Of a stretch of 64,000 nucleotides of DNA, positions 26,530 to 36,633 are shown piece by piece. The notes under the pieces were generated by a model, which was given only the letters and a program-made list of their open reading frames with translations, was not told the DNA's origin and ran no database searches. How positions within the stretch are numbered: position 1 is the first letter of the stretch; the number at the start of each line of letters is the position of its first letter. The position numbers and the translations under genes are program-made. The stretch lies in the sequence record OR228459.1; one strand, 5' to 3'.

Positions 26530-29295
26530 ATGTCATCCAAAAGAGTAATAGGAAATGTTGAGATATTAGGAAATTTATCAATCAACGGAAAGTACGCAAT
26601 GCGTACTTTCAATAATACAAATCCAGATCCTAATACTGGTATTATTACATATCCATTTTACACAAGAGGTGAAGTACAAGATATTTTAGATATGCTACCA
26701 ATATCAAGAATTGGTGAAATGGATTATCTTCCAATTAATATTAGTGGTTCTTTTAGTGGGGCAACATCGTATGCTAACGTAAAAAGAATACAACCAACTA
26801 TTTTGGAAGATGATGGAACATTTGTAATTCTTCGTCCGGGTACAAATGGTAGCCAGTTTAATTTTTATTATGCATATGTTAGAAATATTAGAAATATTGA
26901 AAAATTATCACAGTCTGATATAGTTCAAACAAATACTATATATAAACCATCATATATGTCTAATACTCAGAAAATTGAACAATTTTATGGTACAAATGGA
27001 TACGAACTATTATGGTACAAATTAAGTAATACAGAAGGTTCAGATTCATATTCAATTACATTAACTAATGGTTCATTTAACGAAGTTGGTCACCAAAATG
27101 TTTTGATTCCCATTTCATCGTTTCCCAATTATGCACCATCATATGCACATGTGGTTAATGGCATCGTATATATGTGGGGATATGATACAACACTTGGACA
27201 AGGTAGAGCTTTAGTACTTTATACTATTCCCGTTGACAGCATTCGTGCAGGTAATACAAATGGATTTGTTAAGGTTACTGGTTTTAACGGTTCATCTATT
27301 AGAGGTGAAGTATATACAAATTCTGACACTGCATTAATTTATACAAAATTTCAAAGTAGAAATGATACAGGTGATAATCTATTTTCTATTATGAGTGATT
27401 TAATAACAGGTGTCGATTATCATGAGTTTGCAATTACTAATGCTTTAGCATTTGTAAATCCAGAAGGTAATAAAATACGATTTGCTATGTTTCCAACATA
27501 TCGATATGGTACAAATTATAATTTTAGTGATGTAAGAACTTATTGTATTAGTATGGTATATGATATTAGTACTAAAACATTTACATATGATACACCATTA
27601 AGAAGTCCTATATCGATTGATGCAGAAATGCAAAATAGCTCATCAGTAAGATTTATTGAAAATAATCCTTACAAAGTTCAAAGTGTTGTTTGGCGTGGTT
27701 TTAATGAAACGTTAGGAAATTGTGGTACTATTTGTCAAGCCAACGATGGGTTTATGGTGGCGACACGTTCAAGATGGCCTAGTGATGCATCCTTTGGTAT
27801 TTCATCTAGTAAAATAAATTTATTTACAAACCAATTTGATTCAATTAATATGACTAATCGTGCTATTAGTTTCAATACCCAATTAAGAGCAAACCCAACA
27901 TATGGGTCGGCGGTTGGTGAGAACTTAATTGGGCCACGATTCATTAGTAAGTCTCGTATAATTTTAGCATGTTCCGGTACGTATGATGGTGTTACATATC
28001 CTAGTTATGATACAGTAGCTATTGCAGATGTTGGTACTGACACTAATTTTACATATGAATCTCTCACTCGTGGTACACTTCAAGGATATGCACCACAATC
28101 CTATCGTAAGATTTTAGCTAATCCGGGTTCTAAATTTAATGGTTTAGTTACTTTAGTTGATGAATCAGGTAATGTTGCTTCTCATAGTACTTCATTTTGG
28201 GGGTCTGGTGCAGGTAAAGATGCGGGTTTAAATATAAATCCTGATACATTAGAATATGATGGTAATACCGTTTCAGTGGGTGATGGTGTAATGGGTGCAT
28301 TACGCGATGCGATTATATCAAAAGCAGCAATACCAACTGATGCGTCAGCTACGATAGGTTTATATTATGTACCAGATCAATCTTTTTCCAAAAGTTTTGG
28401 CGTAGTCATGATTCGTTATCCTGATAACACAGGTAAGTTCGTTGTTGCTGAAGTTGATGTTACAACAAGCACTTCTAACAATCATGTTACAATAACAGGA
28501 ACAAGTGTTTATAGTACTAGAGTTTGGAATCGTCAAAATATTTCATCGGTTGGTTATGTAAATTTAGACCGTTATCCGGGAATATATGTAGGTAAGTATA
28601 ATGGTTTTAACTACGTCAGTGTTCACAGTGTTGCACAATTCGGTATTCCGGGTGATGCTAGAACGTATACAATGATAGGTAAAATAAAGAATGGTGTAAT
28701 ACAATCAAACTTCTTTAATGAATCATACTACTTAGATACTTATGGTCTTGTAGGTGGGGTATTACCGGGAATTGGATTTGGGTATTACGACAACGGAAAA
28801 GCAAATGACTATCAAACTAAATCAGTATTCCAGTTGTATGGAACAACTGAAGCACAAATGGATGCAATGATAGCAAGAACCGGAACCCCAATACGTGAAG
28901 TTGTTGTCATTTCTCAAGAAGTTCCTGAAGGTTTTGATGTATATTTCACACAAGAGTTACCAGTGTTTCTTGGTGGTTTATATTACAAATTACCAATTCA
29001 AACTATGAATTTAAGGTCTATTAAAGCTAATCCAGCCAATTCAACATTTTACATATACATAACAATGGATCGTTCAGAGAAAAAAGCCAATTATGTTATC
29101 AGTGAATCATTGTTGGATGAGACCTTGACAAGAGTCTATATTGGTCGTATAATAACAGGAAACGTTGGTATTGATACAATTGAATCTGAAAAGGTTACTC
29201 GATTTTTAACATACCGTCCAAGTACTACAAAACGTGGTTCGGCAATACCAGCAAGTACTGGTGTCCCGTCAGGAACTGGAGCACGCTGGAAATAA
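26530..29295 (+). CDS. large virion structural protein, paralog 3
   Basis: LPISRIG, LEDDGTFVILRPGTNGS, GSAIPASTGVPSGTGARWK. Confidence 0.6.
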   Translation: MSSKRVIGNVEILGNLSINGKYAMRTFNNTNPDPNTGIITYPFYTRGEVQDILDMLPISRIGEMDYLPINISGSFSGATSYANVKRIQPTILEDDGTFVILRPGTNGSQFNFYYAYVRNIRNIEKLSQSDIVQTNTIYKPSYMSNTQKIEQFYGTNGYELLWYKLSNTEGSDSYSITLTNGSFNEVGHQNVLIPISSFPNYAPSYAHVVNGIVYMWGYDTTLGQGRALVLYTIPVDSIRAGNTNGFVKVTGFNGSSIRGEVYTNSDTALIYTKFQSRNDTGDNLFSIMSDLITGVDYHEFAITNALAFVNPEGNKIRFAMFPTYRYGTNYNFSDVRTYCISMVYDISTKTFTYDTPLRSPISIDAEMQNSSSVRFIENNPYKVQSVVWRGFNETLGNCGTICQANDGFMVATRSRWPSDASFGISSSKINLFTNQFDSINMTNRAISFNTQLRANPTYGSAVGENLIGPRFISKSRIILACSGTYDGVTYPSYDTVAIADVGTDTNFTYESLTRGTLQGYAPQSYRKILANPGSKFNGLVTLVDESGNVASHSTSFWGSGAGKDAGLNINPDTLEYDGNTVSVGDGVMGALRDAIISKAAIPTDASATIGLYYVPDQSFSKSFGVVMIRYPDNTGKFVVAEVDVTTSTSNNHVTITGTSVYSTRVWNRQNISSVGYVNLDRYPGIYVGKYNGFNYVSVHSVAQFGIPGDARTYTMIGKIKNGVIQSNFFNESYYLDTYGLVGGVLPGIGFGYYDNGKANDYQTKSVFQLYGTTEAQMDAMIARTGTPIREVVVISQEVPEGFDVYFTQELPVFLGGLYYKLPIQTMNLRSIKANPANSTFYIYITMDRSEKKANYVISESLLDETLTRVYIGRIITGNVGIDTIESEKVTRFLTYRPSTTKRGSAIPASTGVPSGTGARWK

Positions 29296-29301
29296 TTAAT
29301 T

Positions 29302-29332
29302 TGAGGTTGTCTATTGACAGCCTCATTTTTTT
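29302..29332 (+). terminator. intrinsic terminator containing a TTGACA -35 element
   Basis: TGAGGTTGTC-TATT-GACAGCCTCA plus T7; TTGACA 29314-29319, 17 bp before TATTAT. Confidence 0.8.
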
Positions 29333-29362
29333 CGTGTATTATAATGTAAAAAAGGAGGGATT

Positions 29363-29938
29363 ATGGCAAAAGTGGTAAAATCCATCACACCCGAACAGGC
29401 ATATTTCAAGACCATCACACTATCACAAATTCCAGAAAATGAAGAATCTCAACTTTACACTTTGATGTGTGTGAAGAGTGTGGTCATGCTTAAAAAATTT
29501 GTCCAAAAATGGGGAGATTGTGGTCGCAAATTATTGGTAGAGGTTAAGTACAAGTTGAGTAATTGTCCTTTAACATATCTCATGATTAGGGATCTAGTAC
29601 AAGATACTGAAAGGTGGAACATTCCTGATGCACCACAATTTGGTTTCGTTCGTTATCGTTTTGTTGATACAAAAACCAAACATGATTTCACTCTTTACAA
29701 TCACAGTCGTGGTATACCACGTGGATATTACCGTGAAGAGAATGAAAAATATTCCAAATATGATTCTGCATATATTAAATTGTACTTCAATGGAGAACAT
29801 GAAATGTTCAATGACAATGAAAAAGTTATTGTTGCCAAAGTACTAGATACACATGCAGCCATGCGTGAAAACTTAAAAGAGTTAAAGCGTCAACAAAAGA
29901 TCATTAAAAGTACAGATACACTGAAGGAGCTATATTAA
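29363..29938 (+). CDS. hypothetical protein
   Basis: AGGAGG SD. Confidence 0.75.
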   Translation: MAKVVKSITPEQAYFKTITLSQIPENEESQLYTLMCVKSVVMLKKFVQKWGDCGRKLLVEVKYKLSNCPLTYLMIRDLVQDTERWNIPDAPQFGFVRYRFVDTKTKHDFTLYNHSRGIPRGYYREENEKYSKYDSAYIKLYFNGEHEMFNDNEKVIVAKVLDTHAAMRENLKELKRQQKIIKSTDTLKELY

Positions 29939-30558
29939 TGAGTTCAGTTACTGAAGTTCTTTCCAATATGATGTATTCAGATAACCCATTCGTTGTAAAA
30001 AAGATTTATGAATATGACGATGATACAAACGTAGATAATATTAGAAAGTGTGCAATAAACATTAAGTACTGGTATGCTTCTATGCCAGAGGAATGTAAGA
30101 GCATATTTCATAAAGTCATTGAGAATAAAACTTTTAGTATTCATGAAGGTTATACTCAGATTGATCTAAGGAACATAACACACGATATTGGTCTTAGTGG
30201 TCTATATCCACGTTATGAGAATGGGCCTAAAAAAGCCAAGTCATATAGTGAAGCACTTAATGATAAAACTCTTTTATGTCCAGATACACCAGATTATAAA
30301 AAATTCATGCTTTATGATGACGATAATAACTTCTATTTCTTGGTTACTATGAGTAAGATTTCTTTAGCTAATGCAGATGGAAGTGATATTGTAGTACTCA
30401 ATTCCGAACCGCGTCATGCATTGCTTATCTATTGTGCTATCCGTGGTGTTAAACTCATTGAAAATAATATCAGAGAATGGGAAGAAAAACAAAAAGAACT
30501 TGAATTAAAAAGGCAAATCGCGGAGACATACAATGTTCGGAAAAAAGAAAAAGCATGA
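29938..30558 (+). CDS. hypothetical protein
   Basis: Coupled ORF. Confidence 0.75.
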   Translation: MSSVTEVLSNMMYSDNPFVVKKIYEYDDDTNVDNIRKCAINIKYWYASMPEECKSIFHKVIENKTFSIHEGYTQIDLRNITHDIGLSGLYPRYENGPKKAKSYSEALNDKTLLCPDTPDYKKFMLYDDDNNFYFLVTMSKISLANADGSDIVVLNSEPRHALLIYCAIRGVKLIENNIREWEEKQKELELKRQIAETYNVRKKEKA

Positions 30559-31027
30559 GTATGATGATTACTTTTATGGATTAGTTATTTCTAAAAGTAA
30601 AGCTCTACTAAAATATGTTCAGGAACATCCTGAAGGTTCGGATTATGCACGTAAACAGATAGTAGATGCTAAGTACAATATTTCTAAAGTTCATCCAGTA
30701 CTTTATGGTTTGTACAAACGTGCATTGCATAAACCACGTATCATTGGAACACAGCATCAAAAATTTCTAATTAATATAGATACTATTGGTATTATGTTTA
30801 CAATATCAAATGGTAGTGATATTTTTACTTTACATTTCAATAATGATAAAATTAAGGCCAACAATCATTATGAATTGACAAGTGATGAATTAAATGCTAA
30901 AGTCTTCTTGAGTATCTACAAAGCAATTGATGTTAAAAAGGAAAATGCAGAAATGATTGATTTCAATATTCAAAGTAGATTGGTAATCAATTCATTAACA
31001 GAGAAATACACAAGGGATTATCCATGA
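30533..31027 (+). CDS. hypothetical protein
   Basis: GGAG SD. Confidence 0.7.
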   Translation: MFGKKKKHEYDDYFYGLVISKSKALLKYVQEHPEGSDYARKQIVDAKYNISKVHPVLYGLYKRALHKPRIIGTQHQKFLINIDTIGIMFTISNGSDIFTLHFNNDKIKANNHYELTSDELNAKVFLSIYKAIDVKKENAEMIDFNIQSRLVINSLTEKYTRDYP

Positions 31028-31332
31028 ATTATATTACACCAGTACTTGTAAATCGTCACAAAGACGAGTTTGATATCTATATTGGTCGGGGTACAAAATG
31101 GGGAAATCCATTTCCAATAGATAAAGCTAAGGGTCATACCCGGCAAGTTGTTGTTGAAATGTACAGGCAATATCTTTATGAAGGTTTAGAGAATGGTGCA
31201 TTTGAAATTGAGGACTTCTTAGAGCTTTCAGGTAAAAGAATTGGTTGTTCATGTGCACCGTTAGTTTGCCACGGTGATGTTATTATTGAAGTTTTCAATA
31301 CTATTGTTGAGATGCTAAATGACACAAAATGA
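31024..31332 (+). CDS. DUF4326-family protein
   Basis: DIYIGRGTKWGNPF...LSGKRIGCSCAPLVCHGDVI. Confidence 0.85.
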   Translation: MNYITPVLVNRHKDEFDIYIGRGTKWGNPFPIDKAKGHTRQVVVEMYRQYLYEGLENGAFEIEDFLELSGKRIGCSCAPLVCHGDVIIEVFNTIVEMLNDTK

Positions 31333-31708
31333 TGTTTATAGATTAATAAGGACAATTAAAAATTGCGAAAAGATTAAAGACGAAGATACGTTCTATAGTG
31401 TAGATGATAATCGTGTACTACTATTTGAGTATAGTCATACTGAAAATAGTTCTTTAAATTTCGTTTGTCCTAAAGACGAAAACGGTGACTTCATATTAGT
31501 TGAAATAACAGAAGAAGGAACTGAATTTACTAAAATTTCCAATAATGGAAGCAAATATGATATAATCGATTTAAGTACTGAAGATAATTTCTTCCAAGAA
31601 AGTACAGTATTAGATTTAGGATTTACTTATGATGAATACTGTTCTATCAGGATGGATTTTTTAAAGTACTATAATGGATTTCTAGATGGGATGACAATTT
31701 TTATATGA
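31319..31708 (+). CDS. hypothetical protein, FQxS-motif family
   Basis: EDNFFQESTVLDL. Confidence 0.7.
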   Translation: MTQNDVYRLIRTIKNCEKIKDEDTFYSVDDNRVLLFEYSHTENSSLNFVCPKDENGDFILVEITEEGTEFTKISNNGSKYDIIDLSTEDNFFQESTVLDLGFTYDEYCSIRMDFLKYYNGFLDGMTIFI

Positions 31709-32946
31709 GTGATAATTTTCTAAAAGGCCAGATCGTAAAACATTACGCTGGTTCACATGCATATGGAACTAGTACTCCAGAAAGTGATGTTGACTTTAGG
31801 GGTATTTTTATAGCTGACAAGAAGTATATTCTAACACCTTTCTTCAATGTACGCGAAGTGAATGATCCAAATGAAGAAGATACTAAATTCTTTGAACTTA
31901 ATCACTTCATGGAATTATGCGTAGATGCCAACCCAAACATCCTAGAAACTCTATGGGTAGATGATAAAGATATCGTAATGCGTACTGAAATGTACGATCA
32001 TCTTCGTTCTTATCGTGATGAATTTTTGAGTACTAAAATTGCTTACACTTATACTGGTTATGCTCACAACCAAGCAACACGTATGAAAAACCATCATGGT
32101 TGGATGGCTAAAGAACAAACAGGTGAACGCAGATTACGTGATATATTTGATAAGTATCCTTGCCAACAAGTAATTGATTGGATGTATAACTATTTCCCTG
32201 AATATGTAGTTGATCGGATCGACACGTCCAAAGGTAAAGGTGTATACATTAAAGGACTTATTGATTTTGATAAATTCCTTCGTGATATCTCACTCCAGCT
32301 TATTAGTACTGTACCATTAGCACAGCACCACTTCGTGCGTTTAGTTCATAACTATTTGCCAGAAAAAGTACTAGATCGCGATTTCAATTTAGCAAATTTC
32401 AATTACGATCATGAATTGATTCATTATGGTGATAACATTTTTGCTGTTGTTCCTAAGAAAAATAGTAAACTATTGGTGGGTTTGGGTGATTTACTATGGG
32501 ATAGCAAGAAAGAAAGAACCACAGAAGAATTAAAAGTAGTTCCTTCTATAATTGTTAAATTCAACAAGAAAGAGTATGAAGAACTAAATGAAAACCGTAA
32601 GCATTACCATGAGTGGAAGAAGAACCGTAACAGTAAAAGATCTGAATTGGAATCCATCAATGGTTATGATACAAAACATGCCATGCACGTTGTACGGTTG
32701 CTCCGCACAGCAGAAGAAGCATTAACAACAGGTCAAGTACAAGTACGTAGACCAGATGCAGAAGAACTACTTGCCATCAGAAATGGTGCTTGGAGTTATG
32801 AAGAAATGATGCAGTACTTTAGTGATAAGGAGAAGTATATCCGTGAAGTACTTGTAAAATCATCTCCATTACGCAAAAAAGCTGATATTAAAGTTGCAGC
32901 TAAAGTAATGGAAGAACTATATGAAATGTACTGGTATAAAAAGTGA
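31705..32946 (+). CDS. RlaP-like Pol-beta superfamily nucleotidyltransferase
   Basis: AGSHAYGTSTPESDVDFRGIF, ANPNILETL, GYAHNQ, YDTKHAMHVVRLL, ELLAIRNG. Confidence 0.8.
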   Translation: MSDNFLKGQIVKHYAGSHAYGTSTPESDVDFRGIFIADKKYILTPFFNVREVNDPNEEDTKFFELNHFMELCVDANPNILETLWVDDKDIVMRTEMYDHLRSYRDEFLSTKIAYTYTGYAHNQATRMKNHHGWMAKEQTGERRLRDIFDKYPCQQVIDWMYNYFPEYVVDRIDTSKGKGVYIKGLIDFDKFLRDISLQLISTVPLAQHHFVRLVHNYLPEKVLDRDFNLANFNYDHELIHYGDNIFAVVPKKNSKLLVGLGDLLWDSKKERTTEELKVVPSIIVKFNKKEYEELNENRKHYHEWKKNRNSKRSELESINGYDTKHAMHVVRLLRTAEEALTTGQVQVRRPDAEELLAIRNGAWSYEEMMQYFSDKEKYIREVLVKSSPLRKKADIKVAAKVMEELYEMYWYKK

Positions 32947-32953
32947 GGTGAAA

Positions 32954-33382
32954 ATGAGTTATATTCAAGATTACAGAATGCACGTTAACGCAGCAAAAGA
33001 ACTAGTGGAAAAGCACGGTAAAGAAATGGTACAATCATTTTTCGAAGACCTATTCAACAAATATCCAAATTTAGATATGGTTTTCATTTATGGTTATACC
33101 CCCGGCTTTAACGATGGTGAACCATGCTATCATATTCAATATAATATAATCGATTCTGATGAAATCCAAGATTATGTATATGATTATATTGATGATTTGG
33201 ATGAAGATATTGAAATTAACCATAAAATTTCCAATGAACAAAGTCGCGAAATTGACAAGGAAATAGATAGTATTGATGGCCTACTAGAAGAAGAGTACGG
33301 TACTGATTGGTACATCCTAGTAAAACGTAACGAAGATGGTTCAGTTGAGCTACAAGATGGAGATTATGACTGTGGCTACTAA
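32954..33382 (+). CDS. hypothetical protein (tandem paralog A)
   Basis: GAGGTG SD; GYTPGFNDGEPCYH. Confidence 0.75.
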   Translation: MSYIQDYRMHVNAAKELVEKHGKEMVQSFFEDLFNKYPNLDMVFIYGYTPGFNDGEPCYHIQYNIIDSDEIQDYVYDYIDDLDEDIEINHKISNEQSREIDKEIDSIDGLLEEEYGTDWYILVKRNEDGSVELQDGDYDCGY

Positions 33383-33845
33383 TATTGATAAAGAACTAAA
33401 AGAAATTGGCAAAAAGCGTGATCAACAAATCGAATATATAAAAGAGGATGCCCGTCAAAAGGGCATTCAATTAGTACAGCAATTCTTCCAAAGTCTATTT
33501 GCTGAAAATGAAAAACTAACTCACGTATATGTTACTGGTTATACTCCAGAATGGAATGACGGTGAAGAATGTGTACATGATACTCGTGTGTATATCTTCA
33601 ATGATATTAAAGGTTGGAGTGAAATGGGTGATCTTCTAGAATGTCATCTAGGATGGGATTTGGGTGATGAAGAGAATCCTAACCCAGAATATGCAGCAAT
33701 AAATGATGGCCTATCCAAGAGCCAATGTAATGATATTGAAGATCAAATTCCAGTACATGCAATGTCAGAAGCATTCGGTACTAACTGGATTGTAATTGCA
33801 ACAAGAGACAACGTTACTATTCAGGAGTTTGAGGTTGGCTACTAA
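33366..33845 (+). CDS. hypothetical protein (tandem paralog B)
   Basis: GGAG SD; GYTPEWNDGEECVH. Confidence 0.75.
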   Translation: MTVATNIDKELKEIGKKRDQQIEYIKEDARQKGIQLVQQFFQSLFAENEKLTHVYVTGYTPEWNDGEECVHDTRVYIFNDIKGWSEMGDLLECHLGWDLGDEENPNPEYAAINDGLSKSQCNDIEDQIPVHAMSEAFGTNWIVIATRDNVTIQEFEVGY

Positions 33846-33870
33846 TCTAAATCCAAAAGGTAGTGTATTG

Positions 33871-34392
33871 ATGAATGTGTTTCAATTTAAACCACCACAA
33901 CATACTATCGAAGATTTAGTTCTAAAGTACGAAAAACCTTCTAAAGTACTTTCGTTAGCCGATGATTCATTAAAACCCTTGATTGAAAGAATGATGAAAG
34001 TAATGAAACATTTTGATGATAGGGAAGTTGTTATTGACTATAAAGTACGTTCGTTGAAGTTGGGTGATAGTGGTAGTGGTATCTATGGCTATCACCTTGA
34101 CTGCTGTAATGATATATGGGATGATTTTGAGCCAGAAACGCATCTCATTTACAGTACTGTTATTGGGACTAAATTTATACTTGACGAGATCGATATTACG
34201 GGCTATAATACGATTCACGATGTGTTATCAAATATTTCTTTTGATGAATTTAATGCACCGGTAAATTGGGTACATAAGTACACTAGTAAAGTTCTTCACA
34301 GTTGTCCGATTGTGGAGAGTGATTGTCAACGCATATTAATCCGTGCTACTGCGGGTTTTAAAGACAGGATAAAACATGCAAAGGGTAAATGA
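33871..34392 (+). CDS. 2OG-Fe(II) oxygenase-like protein
   Basis: GYHLD (HxD)...VLH...RILIRAT arrangement. Confidence 0.55.
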   Translation: MNVFQFKPPQHTIEDLVLKYEKPSKVLSLADDSLKPLIERMMKVMKHFDDREVVIDYKVRSLKLGDSGSGIYGYHLDCCNDIWDDFEPETHLIYSTVIGTKFILDEIDITGYNTIHDVLSNISFDEFNAPVNWVHKYTSKVLHSCPIVESDCQRILIRATAGFKDRIKHAKGK

Positions 34393-34804
34393 ACTAATTG
34401 AAGCAATTATGGAAATCTATTTCGAAGAAGTAGATACCGTTAAACGTTATATGATTCTTGCTGAATTGGAAAAATCTATCAAAGAAGCACGTTCAGTTAC
34501 AATAGAACAGATTGAGAGTTTAGAACATTTTCGGGATATAGTAGATAATAAAGTACCACTAGAGATGCCACAACTTCCAGATGACTATTTTCTAGAAAAA
34601 ATGTCTGAGGTTGTTTCTAAAGTCGGTGGTAATAGAGTATTATTGTCTAAGACCTTTAAAATTGGTGATCTAACAGAACTAGAAAACATCGATTCACTTG
34701 ATGTAGTGGAAATTATCTTGGAATTCGAAGAAATTCTTGGAATTGATATTGATCTAGAGATCGATGATGACACAACCCTAGGTGATCTTCTAAATCTACG
34801 TTAA
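34376..34804 (+). CDS. acyl-carrier-protein domain protein with N-terminal extension
   Basis: IDSLDVVEIILEFEEILGIDI, with the phosphopantetheine-attachment Ser motif. Confidence 0.75.
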   Translation: MQRVNELIEAIMEIYFEEVDTVKRYMILAELEKSIKEARSVTIEQIESLEHFRDIVDNKVPLEMPQLPDDYFLEKMSEVVSKVGGNRVLLSKTFKIGDLTELENIDSLDVVEIILEFEEILGIDIDLEIDDDTTLGDLLNLR

Positions 34805-34809
34805 AAAAT

Positions 34810-34834
34810 AACCCAGCCATGTGCTGGGTTTTTT
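34810..34834 (+). terminator. intrinsic terminator
   Basis: AACCCAGC-CATGT-GCTGGGTT plus T-run. Confidence 0.85.
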
Positions 34835-34835
34835 C

Positions 34836-34879
34836 ATATGTCCTCCTAAATAATTATACATTAACTAAGGAGGATATAT
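34836..34879 (+). promoter_or_regulatory. late promoter TAAATA inside an RBS-sequestering hairpin (spanin)
   Basis: ATATGTCCTCCT pairs with AGGAGGATATAT (SD and start of the ATG); TAAATA at 34847-34852. Confidence 0.7.
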
Positions 34880-35231
34880 GGACTTTACCTTATTGCGTAA
34901 GTTTTGGAAACCTATTGCAGTATTAGTACTAGTAATCGGGTCATTTTTGGGTGGTTGGAAGGCTAATGAAGTATATCATGGCTATAAAGAAAATCTAGAA
35001 GCCAGAATTGAGAAGAAGTTTGATGAAGGTCTATCTAAGATCCAAGCACAAGGTGCACAGAACTTAATAGATACACAAGAACTTCTCAAGAAAAATAAAG
35101 CGGAAATCATTGAAAAAGAAGTTCCTATTATTATTGAGAGAAAAGTATATCAGAATCCATCACTTGATCAGGATGGTGTGGAAGTACTAAGAAAGCTCAA
35201 GGAAGAATCTGCTAAAAAGAGGACGAAATAA
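34878..35231 (+). CDS. i-spanin (Rz-like)
   Basis: N-terminal TM plus helical periplasmic domain; followed by a lipoprotein; late promoter. Confidence 0.7.
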   Translation: MDFTLLRKFWKPIAVLVLVIGSFLGGWKANEVYHGYKENLEARIEKKFDEGLSKIQAQGAQNLIDTQELLKKNKAEIIEKEVPIIIERKVYQNPSLDQDGVEVLRKLKEESAKKRTK

Positions 35232-35572
35232 TGAGAAAAATATTTCTAGCAATAATCACTGCTTTTGCTATAATATTTGCACTTACTGGATGTGCTGATA
35301 AAGTACGAGGTGATGTTAAGCCAATAATTGTACAAGAATCTCTTCTAAAGAAGTGTACTTCTGATACACCACTACCAGAAAACCCAGCACGGGATGCTAA
35401 TGGGAAAATTATGGTTGACGAAGAAGGTAGAGTACTGTATGATGGTAAGGAAACGATGAGAGTACTCATTAAATGGGATGATATTTACACAGATTGTGCA
35501 ACTACACATGATTCGTTAGTAGATACAATTCGTAAACTTCAAGAAACAAAAGAAATCCAAACCAAAAAATAA
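35231..35572 (+). CDS. o-spanin (Rz1-like lipoprotein)
   Basis: Lipobox ALTGC; Pro-rich segment; C...HD.LV C-terminus. Confidence 0.7.
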   Translation: MRKIFLAIITAFAIIFALTGCADKVRGDVKPIIVQESLLKKCTSDTPLPENPARDANGKIMVDEEGRVLYDGKETMRVLIKWDDIYTDCATTHDSLVDTIRKLQETKEIQTKK

Positions 35573-35584
35573 GAGGCGACTACT

Positions 35585-36223
35585 ATGCTAGGTTATACCG
35601 TTAAGAAAGTACTACCACTTGAAGTTCTGGAATCATTAGAAACTCATGGTTCTATGAAATCTGCAACTGTTGATGGGATTACATTTAATTATTTCCCAGA
35701 AAAGATTGCAACATTTCTTAAGAATAATAAATGTATTTGCTGTGGAATACAAGCACATGAAGTACGTTTAGAAGAAGGTAAAGGTACTCATGCCATCTAT
35801 GGTAATGTTCACCTTAACGTGTATGCTAAACATATCACGACTTGGGGAGAGTATTGGGATCTAATGACAATAGATCATGCCATTCTCAAATCAAGAAACG
35901 GCCCTGATATTCAAGAAAACTTTAATACTATGTGTCGGAAGTGTAATAAACTTCGCGGTTCGCGTTATCCCAATCTTCAAGACTTTCTATCTCGCTATGC
36001 AGAGCACGGAGAGTCTTTGATTACAAGTCGTGCTACATCTCTTCATCATTACCGTTTACGTAAACGTGAACAGGGTACAGAAGAATATAAAGCTATCGTG
36101 AAGCATCGTAATGAGATGCGTGAAGCAAAGGTCGCTGAGTATCTTAACGGTCTTTGTGCATCTCATGTAGGAGCTTACAATCGCCACAACAAAGCCTTGA
36201 AAAAAGCATTGACAGTAGGTTGA
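35585..36223 (+). CDS. HNH endonuclease
   Basis: CICCG...MTIDHAILKSRNG...NFNTMCRKCN..RG. Confidence 0.75.
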   Translation: MLGYTVKKVLPLEVLESLETHGSMKSATVDGITFNYFPEKIATFLKNNKCICCGIQAHEVRLEEGKGTHAIYGNVHLNVYAKHITTWGEYWDLMTIDHAILKSRNGPDIQENFNTMCRKCNKLRGSRYPNLQDFLSRYAEHGESLITSRATSLHHYRLRKREQGTEEYKAIVKHRNEMREAKVAEYLNGLCASHVGAYNRHNKALKKALTVG

Positions 36224-36239
36224 AAATACGATATTATAA

Positions 36240-36268
36240 AGGGAAATCCACATGGGTTTCCTTTTTTT
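36240..36268 (+). terminator. intrinsic terminator
   Basis: GGAAATCC-ACAT-GGGTTTCC plus T7. Confidence 0.8.
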
Positions 36269-36279
36269 ATGGAGAAAAT

Positions 36280-36633
36280 ATGAAGACAAAACGTTTCCCA
36301 CAAGATATAATGAAACAGATGGCATACGGTTGCAGTACTGTAACAATGTTTGGTGAATATAACGACAAGATGGGTTGCTTTGATGATGATGTAGAATTAG
36401 AAGTATTACATAATGAGGAATGCAATACTACTCGTTGGAATAGCGTTCATGACCTTGTGTTTGTTGACAAACAGACAGGAGAAGCGTATCATACACAGTA
36501 TGAAAAAGGTCTTACCGAATCACAGATGCTAGAACCATTTGACTACGATAAAGATGGTGTTGATTGCGATATTGTTGATGTTTGGGAAGAAGAAGTTACA
36601 TACAAAGTTATTAGGTGGAAAGATTCTAAATGA
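36280..36633 (+). CDS. hypothetical protein
   Basis: GGAG SD before MKTKRF. Confidence 0.75.
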   Translation: MKTKRFPQDIMKQMAYGCSTVTMFGEYNDKMGCFDDDVELEVLHNEECNTTRWNSVHDLVFVDKQTGEAYHTQYEKGLTESQMLEPFDYDKDGVDCDIVDVWEEEVTYKVIRWKDSK

